A stretch of 64,000 nt of DNA from Myxococcota bacterium. GTDB lineage: Bacteria > Myxococcota_A > UBA9160 > SZUA-336. Positions 17,177 to 27,320 of this stretch are shown here, piece by piece (position 1 is the stretch's first letter; each line of letters begins with the position of its first letter). A program made the position numbers and the translations under genes. A model generated the notes under the pieces. The model was not told where the DNA came from. It saw only the letters and a list, made by a program, of their open reading frames with translations, and did not search any database. The stretch lies in the NCBI GenBank assembly GCA_965247115.1, contig CBDFGR010000003.1:224001-288000 (forward strand), given 5' to 3'.

Positions 17177-19237
17177 ATGAGCACGAGCTTTGCGCTGATT
17201 GGGCAGGCCGGCGACGGCAAGACGACGCTGGCGGATTCGCTTCTCATGGCTGCGGGCGTGACGAACCGCCTCGGCAGCGTCGAGGACGGGTCCTCGTACA
17301 TGAACTGGCTTCCCGAGGAGAAGACGCGGCGACTCACGATCTCCGCGTCCGTGTGCAGCTTCGAGCGCGAGGGTCAGCTGGTAACGGCGATCGACTCCCC
17401 TGGCGATACGAACTTCGCGGGTGAGGCGATTGCGGCCCTGAATGCCGTCGACAACGCGGTCCTCGTGGTCTCCGCCCGAGACGGTGTCCGCATCGGCACG
17501 GAACGGTCCTACCGGCTGGCGCGCGAGCGCGGGATCGCCGTGACCGCCGTCGCGAACAAGCTGGACCTGGAGCTGGCGGACTACGACGCCTGCGCGACCC
17601 AGCTCGAAGAGGCGCTGGAGGTCCGGGTGGTGAAGCTGCACCTCCCGGTGGGCGCCGGAGAGGATTTCTCCGGCTACGTCGACCTGCTCTCCGGGGATCT
17701 CCATCGCTATGCCACCGACGGCTCCGGCAAGGTCGAGGTAAGCGCGCCGCCCGCGGATCTCTCCGAGGAGGTCGAGACCCGGCACATGGAGCTTGTGGAG
17801 GCCGCGGCGGAGGCCGACGACACCGTGCTCGAGAAATACCTCGAGGAGGGCGAGGTCAGCGACGAGGAGGTGGTCGCGACCCTGCGCAAGGGGTTGCGCG
17901 AGGGAAGCCTGCTGCCGCTGCTCAGCGCCTGCGCGTCGAGGAACATCGGAGGCGCCGCGCTGCTGGAGGCCAGCGAGCGCTTCTTCCCGGCCGCGAGCGA
18001 CGTTGCTCCGATCCGCGGGGCGCGAGGCGACGAGGAGCTAGAGCTCAGCCCCGACCCAAACGGCCCCCTGGCGGCGCTCGTTTTCAAGTCCGTCGCGGAC
18101 CGTTATACGGGGGTGCTCTCCGTGCTCCGAGTCTTCTCTGGGAAGCTCTCGGTCGATTCTGCAGTCTCGAACGCGCGAACGGGAACGCGTGAGCGCGTCA
18201 CCAAGCTGCTCCGGGTGAACGGCGAGCACACCGAGGAGGTGAGCGAGGTCGGCCCGGGAGAGATCGCGGCACTGCCAAAGCTCAAGGACACCAAGACCGG
18301 AGACACGCTTTGCGCCGAGAAGGACTCCCTCAGCGTCACCGGCGCCCCGCCCCCGGCCGGGGTGATCTCCTTCGCCGTCCAGGCCACCGCCAAGGGCGAA
18401 GAGGACAAGGTGTTCGAGTCCCTCAATCGCCTCGTCGAGGAAGACCCGAGCCTCCAGCTGGGCCGCGACGAGCGGACCGGGGAGTTTCTGCTCACGGGCC
18501 TGGGCCAGCTCCACACCGAGGTGACGCTGGAGAAGCTCAAGCGGCTCTTCGGTGTCGATGTGACTCTCAAGCCCCCAAAGGTTCCCTACCTGGAGACGAT
18601 CAGCGGCCGCGCAGACAACGTCGAGGGAAAGCTCAAGAAGCAGTCCGGGGGACGCGGGCAGTTCGGAGTCTGCTATCTCTCGGTCGAGCCCGGCGCGCGA
18701 GGCTCAGGAGTCGACTTTCAGGACGAGATCGTTGGCGGCTCGATTCCTCGCCAGTTCATTCCTGCCGTAGAAAAGGGCGTTCGGGAAGCGTGCGAGCGAG
18801 GGACCTTCGCCGGCTACCCGCTGACCGATATCGTCATCCACTGCATCGACGGCAAGCATCACAGCGTCGACAGCTCGGAGATGGCGTTTAAGACGGCTGG
18901 CAGCCTCGGGATCAAGGCGGCGGTCTCACAGGCAAAGCCAGCGCTCCTCGAGCCGATGATGGACCTGGAGGTCACCGTTTCCGACGAGCACGTCGGAGAT
19001 GTCATGGGCGATCTGAACAGTCGGCGAGGCAAGGTCGCCGGTGTGAACTCCACAGGAAGCGTCCAGGTCGTCAAGGCGCAGGTCCCGATGGCCGAAGTGC
19101 TGAGATACGCGTCCGAACTCACCAGCATGACGGGGGGCCAGGGCGACTTCTCGATGCAATTTTCGCACTACGAGGAGGCGCCAGCGGCCGTGCGGGAGAA
19201 GATCGTCGCGGAGGCCGCGGCGGAATCCGAAGCCTAA
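17177..19237 (+). CDS. fusA: Elongation factor G paralog (EF-G2 type)
   Basis: GQAGDGKTT, NKLD, EEDPSL, KKQSGGRGQFG, HSVDSSEMAF; divergent G domain; not in the str operon. Confidence 0.9.
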   Translation: MSTSFALIGQAGDGKTTLADSLLMAAGVTNRLGSVEDGSSYMNWLPEEKTRRLTISASVCSFEREGQLVTAIDSPGDTNFAGEAIAALNAVDNAVLVVSARDGVRIGTERSYRLARERGIAVTAVANKLDLELADYDACATQLEEALEVRVVKLHLPVGAGEDFSGYVDLLSGDLHRYATDGSGKVEVSAPPADLSEEVETRHMELVEAAAEADDTVLEKYLEEGEVSDEEVVATLRKGLREGSLLPLLSACASRNIGGAALLEASERFFPAASDVAPIRGARGDEELELSPDPNGPLAALVFKSVADRYTGVLSVLRVFSGKLSVDSAVSNARTGTRERVTKLLRVNGEHTEEVSEVGPGEIAALPKLKDTKTGDTLCAEKDSLSVTGAPPPAGVISFAVQATAKGEEDKVFESLNRLVEEDPSLQLGRDERTGEFLLTGLGQLHTEVTLEKLKRLFGVDVTLKPPKVPYLETISGRADNVEGKLKKQSGGRGQFGVCYLSVEPGARGSGVDFQDEIVGGSIPRQFIPAVEKGVREACERGTFAGYPLTDIVIHCIDGKHHSVDSSEMAFKTAGSLGIKAAVSQAKPALLEPMMDLEVTVSDEHVGDVMGDLNSRRGKVAGVNSTGSVQVVKAQVPMAEVLRYASELTSMTGGQGDFSMQFSHYEEAPAAVREKIVAEAAAESEA

Positions 19238-19277
19238 CCTCGGCGGAGGGGGATGGACGGCGTGAGCGGAGGCGCCG

Positions 19278-20384
19278 TTGACCGCTGAGACCGAATCGAT
19301 CCTCGCGGCCCTGGGTCCTGCCCGGCGCTTCGCCGATCCCGACGCCCCCCAAGAGGCGCGACTCATGGCCGCGCGCGGCGCGTTGCCACTGCCACCGGCA
19401 CAGATCGCCTCGGTTCTCTTTGCGCTGACGCACGATCCTGACGCGGAGGTGAAGGAGCTCGCGTGCAGCAGCCTCGACAACCTGCCCTCCCCCATGCTCG
19501 ACGCCACGCTTGCGGGGGACGTGCACCCCGCGCTCCTCACCTACATGGCGACAAAGTTCCAGGAAGACGAGGCACAGCTGGAGAAGATCGCAATCAACGC
19601 CGCCACGTCGGACGCAACGTTCTGCAGCCTTGCCTCCCGTCCCTTTCCGCGCATCATCGACATCGTGGCGCAGAACCAGGTCCGACTGCTTCGCTGTCCC
19701 GAACTCATCGAGACGCTCGGCGAGAATCCCCTGACCGGACAGGCGACGATCGACCGCATCCTCCACTTCCTCGGTGTCGAACGCGGCGAGATGGAGGAGT
19801 CGGTGGCACCGCCCGTCGACGTACCGACTCCGCCACCGCCGGCGGACTTCGACGCCACCCAGGAGATGCTTGACCTCGACGATCCGGAGGACCTGCCTTC
19901 TGAGCTCACGTACGAGAGCGACGAGGAGGAGGACGAGATCCCCGAGGACGAGGGCCAGGACGAGGAGCGGATGCGCAGTCTCCAGGTGCTGATCCAGGAG
20001 ATGAGTGTCATGGAGAAGATCAAGCTGGCGCGTTTTGGCAACTCGGAAGCTCGCGGCTTGCTCGTCCGTGAGCGGAACAAGCTGGTCGCGACCGCCGCCG
20101 TTCGGAGTCCAAAGATCACGGACAGCGAGGTCGTCACTTTTGCGAAGTCCCGAAGCCTCCACGACGAGGTGCTCCGCATCATCGCGAACAATCGGGAGTG
20201 GACGAAGAACTACCAGGTAAAGCACGCCCTCACCACGAACCCGAAGACCCCTCAGCCGATCGCAATTAAGTTGCTCAACTATCTGACCGATCGAGACTTG
20301 AAGACGATCATGGGCAGCCGTGACGTGCCCGGACCCGTATCCATGCAGGCACGGCGACTCCTGGCTCGGAAGGGGAAGACGTAG
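19278..20384 (+). CDS. Conserved helical-repeat hypothetical protein
   Basis: 368-aa ORF with genome-like codon use, acidic linker and C-terminal EKIKLARFGN...NPKTP block; abuts the MglA-like gene. Confidence 0.75.
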   Translation: MTAETESILAALGPARRFADPDAPQEARLMAARGALPLPPAQIASVLFALTHDPDAEVKELACSSLDNLPSPMLDATLAGDVHPALLTYMATKFQEDEAQLEKIAINAATSDATFCSLASRPFPRIIDIVAQNQVRLLRCPELIETLGENPLTGQATIDRILHFLGVERGEMEESVAPPVDVPTPPPPADFDATQEMLDLDDPEDLPSELTYESDEEEDEIPEDEGQDEERMRSLQVLIQEMSVMEKIKLARFGNSEARGLLVRERNKLVATAAVRSPKITDSEVVTFAKSRSLHDEVLRIIANNREWTKNYQVKHALTTNPKTPQPIAIKLLNYLTDRDLKTIMGSRDVPGPVSMQARRLLARKGKT

Positions 20385-21182
20385 ATGGGTGTGCTGAACC
20401 GCGAGGCGCGGGAGATTCACGCCAAGATCGTCTACTACGGCCCCGCCGAGGCGGGAAAGACGACGAACCTCGAGTTCATCCATCGCAAGCTCAAGCGTGA
20501 GCACCGCGGCGACCTGCAGGTCAGCCGCATCGGCAGCGATGCCGCCTACGAGTTCGTCCCCGTCACGCTGGGCAGCGTCCGCGGCTACTCGACGTCGATC
20601 CACGTCTACACGGTGCCCAGCGGAGACGAACACCTGGAGCTTCGCCGTCAGATTCTGGACGGCACGGATGGTGTCGTCTTCGTCGCAGATCTGCGCCCCG
20701 AGAGGCACGACGCCACCATCGCAGCGGCGGCCGAGCTCAAGGAGCACCTGGATAGCTACGGACGCTCCTTCGACGAGATCGTACTCGTCATCCAGTACAA
20801 CAAACGCGGCACAACCAACGAGAATGCCCTCGACGAGCTGCACAAGCGGCTCGGCCTCGACCCGGAGGCCTACTTCGAGGCCGTCGCGAACCAGGGCACG
20901 GGCGTCCTGCAGACCCTGACCACGCTCTCCAAGCAGATCCTGTCCAACATCCGACAGGCCGCAGAGAAGGAGCCTCCCAGCGACGCTGCGGTTCCACTGG
21001 CGCGAGTGGAGCTGACCCAGCTGTCCGCCGACGAGCCCGTAGCGCACGGTGGCTTCTGCCTCGAGAGCGCAGGACCGGTCGAAGCGAGTGGCGGCGAGCT
21101 GACGATCCCCATCCTGCTGAGCGAGAGCGAATCGGGGCAGAAGGTGGAGCTCTGCCTACGGCTGAGCATCTCCGAGAGCTGA
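20385..21182 (+). CDS. MglA-like small GTPase, degenerate, with C-terminal extension
   Basis: REIHAKIVYYGPAEAGKTTNL, YTVPSG, DGVVFVAD, IQYNKRG, FEAVA. Confidence 0.85.
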   Translation: MGVLNREAREIHAKIVYYGPAEAGKTTNLEFIHRKLKREHRGDLQVSRIGSDAAYEFVPVTLGSVRGYSTSIHVYTVPSGDEHLELRRQILDGTDGVVFVADLRPERHDATIAAAAELKEHLDSYGRSFDEIVLVIQYNKRGTTNENALDELHKRLGLDPEAYFEAVANQGTGVLQTLTTLSKQILSNIRQAAEKEPPSDAAVPLARVELTQLSADEPVAHGGFCLESAGPVEASGGELTIPILLSESESGQKVELCLRLSISES

Positions 21183-21194
21183 GCGCGCCCCTGC

Positions 21195-22304
21195 TCAGGC
21201 CCAGGGCGAAGGTGCGACCGGTAGCCCGATCGCATCCGCCACACCGGCGATCGTGACCTCGCCCCGGTAGCAGTTTACCCCCCGCGCCAGGGGGGGCTGG
21301 CTGCGCAGGGCCTCATCGACCCCGCGATCACACAGGTCCAGGAGATATGGCAGGATCGCGCTCGCCAGGGCAAGGGTCGACGTGTTGGGCACGGCCCCTG
21401 GCATGTTCGTCACACCATAGTGTACGACCCCGTCGACTCTGAACGTCGGATCGTCGTGCGAGGTCGGGTGCATGGTCTCGACGCAGCCGCCCTGGTCGAC
21501 GGCGACGTCGATCACGACCGATCCCTCGGCCATCGCTGCCACCATCTTGCGAGTAACGAGAACCGGGGCGCGCGCACCGGGCCGCAGGACAGCGCCGATC
21601 ACGATGTCGGCCTCCGGAACCGTCTTCTCGAGATGTACGGCGTTCGAGTACAGCGTGTTGATCCCGCCGTGGTAGATGTCGTAGAGGTGCGAGAGGCGCC
21701 GCTGGTCGATGTCGAGCACGGACACCTCGGCGCCCAAGCCCACCGCCACACGAACGGCGGCAGTCCCGACGACGCCAGCGCCGATCACCGTGACGCGTCC
21801 ACGGGGCACACCCGGGACGCCGCCCAGCAGAATCCCGCGCCCGCCCTGGTCGGCTTGCAGATAGTGGGCCCCAATCTGGATCGAGAGCCGACCCGCCACC
21901 TCGCTCATGGGCACGAGCAGGGGCAGGGACCCATCGTCGAGCTGAACCGTCTCGAAGCCGATGGCGATGATCCCAGCATCGAGGATCTTGTGCGTGAGCT
22001 CAGCCTCCGGTGCCAGGTGCAGGAAGTCAAAGAGTGTCTGCCCCGGCCGCATGAGCGAGATCTCGCGCAGACTCGGCTCCTTGACCTTGGTGACGAGCTC
22101 CGCCGCGCCGATCACCTCCTCGGCGGTCGCAACGATCTTCGCCCCGACCTCCTCGTAGGCATTGTCGGGAAACCCGGACCCGAGGCCGGCCTGCGTCTCG
22201 AAGAAGATCTCGTGATCCCTCTCTGCGAGCGCACGCGCGCCCGATGGCAGCAGAGCGACGCGGTTCTCGCCAGCCTTCGTCTCCCTAAGAACACCTACCC
22301 TCAC
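21195..22304 (-). CDS. ald: Alanine dehydrogenase
   Basis: [45 protein letters not shown]. Confidence 0.95.
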   Translation of the reverse strand: MRVGVLRETKAGENRVALLPSGARALAERDHEIFFETQAGLGSGFPDNAYEEVGAKIVATAEEVIGAAELVTKVKEPSLREISLMRPGQTLFDFLHLAPEAELTHKILDAGIIAIGFETVQLDDGSLPLLVPMSEVAGRLSIQIGAHYLQADQGGRGILLGGVPGVPRGRVTVIGAGVVGTAAVRVAVGLGAEVSVLDIDQRRLSHLYDIYHGGINTLYSNAVHLEKTVPEADIVIGAVLRPGARAPVLVTRKMVAAMAEGSVVIDVAVDQGGCVETMHPTSHDDPTFRVDGVVHYGVTNMPGAVPNTSTLALASAILPYLLDLCDRGVDEALRSQPPLARGVNCYRGEVTIAGVADAIGLPVAPSPWA

Positions 22305-22338
22305 CGTCGTTTCCCCTCTGGTCTTGGCTCGGAGACCC

Positions 22339-22893
22339 TCAGCCCGTCTCCTCGACCCTTCGGCCGAGAAAGCGCTGGACCTCGGGGTCCCAGTCGAAGA
22401 ACGCCGCCTCGTGCACACCATCCTCACGCACCGAGACGACCAGCTGCGCGACTCCGGGCCAAAGCGGTGAGCCATCCGGGGTCAGCGCCCCCTGCATGTC
22501 GGTGTGCGAGAGGTACGCGGGCGTATCCACGTGCGAGTGGTAGACAACGCGCAGCTCTTCACCGCGTTCCTCGGCACTTCGCAGGGCGCGGAGGAGCTCT
22601 CCCTCATCGATCCAGAAGGCGTGGCGGGCGTCGAGCTCCGACTCGCCCTGGGCACGACGCCTGCTCTGCACATTCGTGCAGCGGACAAAGCGGCTGGGAG
22701 CAGCAGCGAGCGGGCCGATCAGCAGCCCGCAGCACTCCTCGGGGTAGCACTCGCGCGCGTGTTGAAACACCTCGAGCATGAGCGACCGCGAGAGTAGACG
22801 CGGCTCGAGGGCGGAGTCCACCAGCGCGGCGGCGCGCTCGCGCCACTCCCCATCCGGACAGCTCGAGCTCTCGGAATCGGTGTGCTCGGCCAC
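22339..22893 (-). CDS. JAMM/MPN+ (M67, Mec-like) metallopeptidase
   Basis: YPEECCG and YHSHVDTPAYLSHTD (HxH-x7-S-x2-D). Confidence 0.88.
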   Translation of the reverse strand: MAEHTDSESSSCPDGEWRERAAALVDSALEPRLLSRSLMLEVFQHARECYPEECCGLLIGPLAAAPSRFVRCTNVQSRRRAQGESELDARHAFWIDEGELLRALRSAEERGEELRVVYHSHVDTPAYLSHTDMQGALTPDGSPLWPGVAQLVVSVREDGVHEAAFFDWDPEVQRFLGRRVEETG

Positions 22894-22896
22894 CGC

Positions 22897-23337
22897 TCAG
22901 ATCTCGTACATGAAGGGACTCCCGTCGGCTCTCTGCAAGCCCCGCTCCTCGGCCTGGCGACAGATATCCGCAATCGTGCGATCCGCGAGGGTACGCCGCA
23001 GGTCCTCGCTGATTGCGTCCCACACGAACCCTGGCGTGGCCGAGCCGCCGTCGACTCCGGTCTCCCCCATGCTGAGGAGAGCGCCCTGTACCGCGACGAT
23101 GACGTCCGCAACGGAGATTTCGCGGGGCGGAGCCGCGAGCAGGTAGCCACCGCCAGGGCCTCGTTTGCTCGAGACGAGCCCGGCGCGGCGGAGTCGCTGA
23201 AAGATCTGCTCCAGGTAGCGAGAGGGAATTCCCTGACGCGCGCCGATCTCTTGCAGCGAGACAGGCCCGGGTCCGCCGTAGAACGCCAGATCGAAGATGC
23301 CGTAGAGCGCGTACTTGAGCTGCTGCGTGGCCCGCAC
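22897..23337 (-). CDS. Rrf2-family transcriptional regulator
   Basis: YLEQIFQRLRRAGLVSSKRGPGGGY; lacks the three-Cys Fe-S motif. Confidence 0.9.
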   Translation of the reverse strand: MRATQQLKYALYGIFDLAFYGGPGPVSLQEIGARQGIPSRYLEQIFQRLRRAGLVSSKRGPGGGYLLAAPPREISVADVIVAVQGALLSMGETGVDGGSATPGFVWDAISEDLRRTLADRTIADICRQAEERGLQRADGSPFMYEI

Positions 23338-23461
23338 TGCGGCGAAAAATACCACTGTTCTGCAGTCAAGAAAACGGAGCCACGGCGCTCCCCACCGGCC
23401 TCGGTCGCAATCTACCGATGCAGGGGTACACTCGCCCGCCCATCAAGCGGATCGAAGGGCG

Positions 23462-25438
23462 ATGCTGCGAATCGAAGGACTCAGCAAGAGCTACGGCACG
23501 CGCCAGCTTCTGAGCGGGGTCGACCTCCACCTGCGACCCGATGACCGGATCGGTCTGGTCGGCCGCAACGGCTCCGGAAAGACCACGTTGCTGGACCTGC
23601 TGGCAGGCAAAGAGCTGCCGGAGGACGGCCGCATTCACCTTCGCAAGCAGGCGCGTCTCGGATATCTGCAGCAGGAGGTGGAGACCGGCTCGGAGCGTGC
23701 GGTGATCGACGAGGTTCGGACCGCGCAGGAGCCGATCCTGGCGCTGGAGCGCGAGCTGCGCACGATCGAGGACGAGATCGCGCGACTGGGAGCCAGCGGA
23801 GGCGCTGTCCCCGGCGAGCTCGCGTCGCGCTACGACGACGTGCGCCACCAGTTCGAACGCGCGGGAGGCTTCAAGGCCGAGGCGCTGCTGCGCGGCACGC
23901 TGGTCGGCCTCGGGCTGGGTCCCGAGGTGTGGGGGCAGCCGCTCCGCAGCCTGAGCGGCGGGTGGCTCATGCGTGTCGAGCTGGCCAAGCTACTCCTCGC
24001 CCGACCCGAGGTGCTGCTGCTCGACGAGCCGACGAATCACCTCGACCTGCCCTCTATCCGCTGGTTCGAGGGCGTGCTCGCCAGCTACCCCGGCGCCGTG
24101 CTGGTGGTCTCTCACGACCGCACGTTCCTGGATCGCCATGCCACCGGCATTGCGGAGATCGAAGCGGGGCGACTGCTCTCTTACGCCGGGAACTACAGCG
24201 CCTATCTGTTGCAGAAGGCCGCGCGGCTCGAGGAGAGCAGCGCACGCAGGCGGAACCTGGATCGCCAGATTGCACACATGGGAAAGTTCGTCGAGCGGTT
24301 CGGGGCCAAGGCCAGCAAGGCGGCTCAAGCCCGGAGCCGCAAGAAGGCGCTCGAAAAGCTACGCGCTGAGCGAGAGGGGCTCGAGACCGCGGTCCGCCAG
24401 AAGTCCATGCGCGTACGGCTCGAGAGCCCGGTGCGGTCGGGAGAGATGGTGCTGCGCCTGGAGCAAATCCGAAAGTCCTACGGCGACCATCTGGTGTACG
24501 AGGGCCTGGACCTGGAGATTCGACGCGGCGAGCGGATCGCGCTCGTAGGCCCAAATGGGGCCGGCAAGTCCACGCTCCTCCGGATCGCGTCTGGAATCCT
24601 TCCCGTGGATTCGGGCACGCGCGAAGCCGGCCACAACACGAGCTGTGCCTTCTACGCGCAGCACCAGCTGGACGCCCTGGATCGAAGGCGCACGGTGCTG
24701 CAGGAGATCGAGGCGGACGCCCAGACGCGCGACGTTCCGCGGCTCCGGAACCTTCTGGGCGCCTTCCTGTTTTCGGGTGACGACGTACAGAAGAAAGTGT
24801 CGGTGCTGTCGGGCGGGGAGGCCGCACGCCTCGCACTCGCCAAGCTCCTGCTCAAGCGCGCGAACTTCCTCGTGCTGGACGAGCCCACGAATCACCTCGA
24901 CATCGAGGCGCGCGACGTCTTGATGGACGCGCTGGCGGACTACTCCGGCACGCTCCTCTTCGTTAGCCACGACCGACTCTTCATCAACGCGCTCGCAAAC
25001 AAGGCGATCGAGATCACACGCGGAGAGCACGCGGCGCGAGTCCGACACTTCGTCGGAGACTACGACGCCTACGTGCGCCGGCTCGAAGCGGAAGAAGCGA
25101 GCTCGAACGAGCAGAGCAAGCCCGACCGGGTCGCAGAGCCGCTGGCCGAGCGAAAGCGCAGCCGCGAGTTCCGCGAGAGGGAACGGCAGCTGCGCAAGCT
25201 GCGCGCACGGGTGCACGAGCTCGAGGCGTCGATCGAGGCGACCGAGGAGCAAATCGAGGCCCTCGACTGGAAGACTGCCGATCCAGGGATCGCCCGGGAT
25301 GGACAGAAGATGCGGGAGCTGGGAGCAGCACGCAGGGAGCGAGAGCAGGCGCTGACCGAGCTTTTCCGCGACTGGGAGCGAGTCAGCGTGGAGATCGAGG
25401 CCGCCGAGGACGGCTTGCGAACGGAGGCACCCAGCTAG
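23462..25438 (+). CDS. ABC-F family ATPase
   Basis: Two NBDs (GRNGSGKT, GPNGAGKS, LSGG, LDEPTNHLD twice), no TM segments, coiled-coil tail. Confidence 0.93.
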   Translation: MLRIEGLSKSYGTRQLLSGVDLHLRPDDRIGLVGRNGSGKTTLLDLLAGKELPEDGRIHLRKQARLGYLQQEVETGSERAVIDEVRTAQEPILALERELRTIEDEIARLGASGGAVPGELASRYDDVRHQFERAGGFKAEALLRGTLVGLGLGPEVWGQPLRSLSGGWLMRVELAKLLLARPEVLLLDEPTNHLDLPSIRWFEGVLASYPGAVLVVSHDRTFLDRHATGIAEIEAGRLLSYAGNYSAYLLQKAARLEESSARRRNLDRQIAHMGKFVERFGAKASKAAQARSRKKALEKLRAEREGLETAVRQKSMRVRLESPVRSGEMVLRLEQIRKSYGDHLVYEGLDLEIRRGERIALVGPNGAGKSTLLRIASGILPVDSGTREAGHNTSCAFYAQHQLDALDRRRTVLQEIEADAQTRDVPRLRNLLGAFLFSGDDVQKKVSVLSGGEAARLALAKLLLKRANFLVLDEPTNHLDIEARDVLMDALADYSGTLLFVSHDRLFINALANKAIEITRGEHAARVRHFVGDYDAYVRRLEAEEASSNEQSKPDRVAEPLAERKRSREFRERERQLRKLRARVHELEASIEATEEQIEALDWKTADPGIARDGQKMRELGAARREREQALTELFRDWERVSVEIEAAEDGLRTEAPS

Positions 25439-25460
25439 CGCCGCGTGGGATCCGCCAGGC

Positions 25461-25490
25461 TTGCCAGCTCCCAAAGCGCTCCGCTAGCTT
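25461..25490 (+). promoter_or_regulatory. Putative sigma-70 promoter of tRNA-Leu
   Basis: TTGCCA-N18-TAGCTT, 9 nt before the tRNA. Confidence 0.45.
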
Positions 25491-25499
25491 CCGCACGGT

Positions 25500-25586
25500 G
25501 CCCAGGTGGCGGAATTGGCAGACGCGCCAGCCTCAGGAGTTGGTGTTCGCAAGGACGTGCTGGTTCGAATCCAGTCCTGGGCACCA
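25500..25586 (+). tRNA. tRNA-Leu(CAG)
   Basis: Acceptor GCCCAGG/CCTGGGC-A-CCA, anticodon arm CCAGC-CTCAGGA-GTTGG, long variable arm, GGTTCGAATCC T-arm. Confidence 0.96.
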
Positions 25587-25636
25587 GGGAAGCTGCATCA
25601 CTCACGCCCCGTGGGCTCTCGTGAATCGGGCTGCGT

Positions 25637-26428
25637 TCAACCCCGTCGAGTGAGTGGCTCCACCTCTGGCCAGACGGCCTCCCCGTTGCTGCGGAACATC
25701 TCCACCACCTGCGGTGAGAGCCACTTCGAGACGCCACCCTCGTAGGCTGGGAGCGCCTGAACACGCGCGTACCAACCGGCGACCTGCGGGCGCGCCTCTA
25801 TCAGTGGTGTCATGGCCAGGTGATCGAGCCGGAGCACGTACGGGAGCACTCCGGCATCGGCGAGACCGAAGGCGTCTCCCGAGAGCCAGCCGGTGGGTGA
25901 GAGCGACGCGTCCATATCGTCCACCAGCTCGAGCATCTGGCTCAGGCCACCCGCAAACTCGGGCGCCTTTACTCCATTCTCGATCACGCTGCGACGGGCC
26001 GCGCGCCGCCCGGGGTCGGGAATCGCTGCAATGTTCGCCTCGCGCACCTCCTCGGCCTGCCGGAGCAGCGCGGGTCGCGGCCCGATCGCGAAGGTCACGA
26101 TGCCGGTCGCCGGATGCACCTTCTCGTCGAGCCGCTTCGTCCACATCCTCGCCGTGTGACGGGCGGCTGGCTCGGCGGGCCGCATGGGCGGATCCGGGAA
26201 CGCATCGTCCAGGTACTCGTTGATGAGGGTGGACTCGATCAGCACCGCCCCGTCATGGACCAGTGTAGGAACCACGTGATTCGGGTTGAGCTTCACGTAG
26301 GCGGGATCGTGCTGCTCTCCGGCAAGCAGGTCGATCTCGTGGGAATCGAAGTCGATCCCCTTGTGGGCGAGCACCAGACGGACCTTCTGCGAGCAGGTCG
26401 ACAGGGCGTTGTGGTAGAGCGCGAGCAT
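25637..26428 (-). CDS. Glutathione S-transferase family protein
   Basis: STCSQKVR, LNPNHVVPTL, IESTLINEYL, FGLAD. Confidence 0.9.
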   Translation of the reverse strand: MLALYHNALSTCSQKVRLVLAHKGIDFDSHEIDLLAGEQHDPAYVKLNPNHVVPTLVHDGAVLIESTLINEYLDDAFPDPPMRPAEPAARHTARMWTKRLDEKVHPATGIVTFAIGPRPALLRQAEEVREANIAAIPDPGRRAARRSVIENGVKAPEFAGGLSQMLELVDDMDASLSPTGWLSGDAFGLADAGVLPYVLRLDHLAMTPLIEARPQVAGWYARVQALPAYEGGVSKWLSPQVVEMFRSNGEAVWPEVEPLTRRG

Positions 26429-26510
26429 GGATCTGGACCTCCTTCGGACCGGTGATCACCTTACTGCACCCGCGGTCTCCAGTCCGAGACGGCCCCCGAC
26501 CCTTCACAGC

Positions 26511-27306
26511 CTCGAGGCTGGTGCCTCGATCCTGCACAATCACAACGCCGACGTGCTCTTCGAGAGCAACACGCGCCATGCGGTAGAGCCCTACCTGTTC
26601 GCGCCTGGGAGCCGGTGCTCGAGCGGCGGCCCGCTGCCCTGTTCTATCCGACGATGGGCGGCGGCGGCCCCCATATCACGTGCGAGGATCGCTACGCGCA
26701 CGTGCCCGCGCTATGCGAGGCGGGTGTGCTCCGGATGGGGCCGGTGGATCCCGGCTCGCTGAACTTTGGAGGCTACGACGCGGACGGGATCCCGGCGCCA
26801 CCCGGGATCGTGTACCAGAACACCCTGGGCGACATACGCTACATGCTGGATGTCTGCCGCGAACTCGAGCTCGGACCGACCCTGTCCATCTTCGAGCCGG
26901 GTTTCTTGCGGGTGACGCTCGCCTATCAGCGAGCCGGTGCCTTGCCCCGGGGCACCTTCGTCAAGCTCTACTTTGGAGCCGAGCGGGGCCTTTTTGGTCT
27001 GCCCGGCACCGAGCGCGCGCTCGACGCCTATCGGTCGAGATGCTGGAGGGAAGCGACCTGCCCTGGTCGGTGGCTCTGCTGGCCGGAGACGTGATCCAGA
27101 GCGGACTCGCCCGGCTGGCGCTCGAGCGCGGAGGCCATCTGCGCCTCGGCCTCGAGGACTACTCGGGACCGGGCACGCCGTCCAACGAGGAGCTGATCCG
27201 GGCTGCGGTGGAGCTGGCACGGAAGGTCGGTCGGCTCATCGCCACGCCGGCGCAAGCCGCCGAGATTATGCAACTGCCGAAGACGAGCCTGCCCCGATTC
27301 GCCTAG
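26511..27306 (+). pseudogene. BKACE (3-keto-5-aminohexanoate cleavage family) pseudogene
   Basis: Three frames in succession: LEAGASILHNH, then FYPT...DPGSLN...SIFEPGFL, then GGHLRLGLED; frameshifts near 26610 and 27030; N-terminus missing. Confidence 0.8.
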
Positions 27307-27320
27307 CTTCAGCTCAAACG

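Noticed and set aside
22339..22893. CBASS/Bil-type JAB defence component
   Set aside because: No CD-NTase, E1/E2 or ubiquitin-like neighbours; sequence is Mec-like
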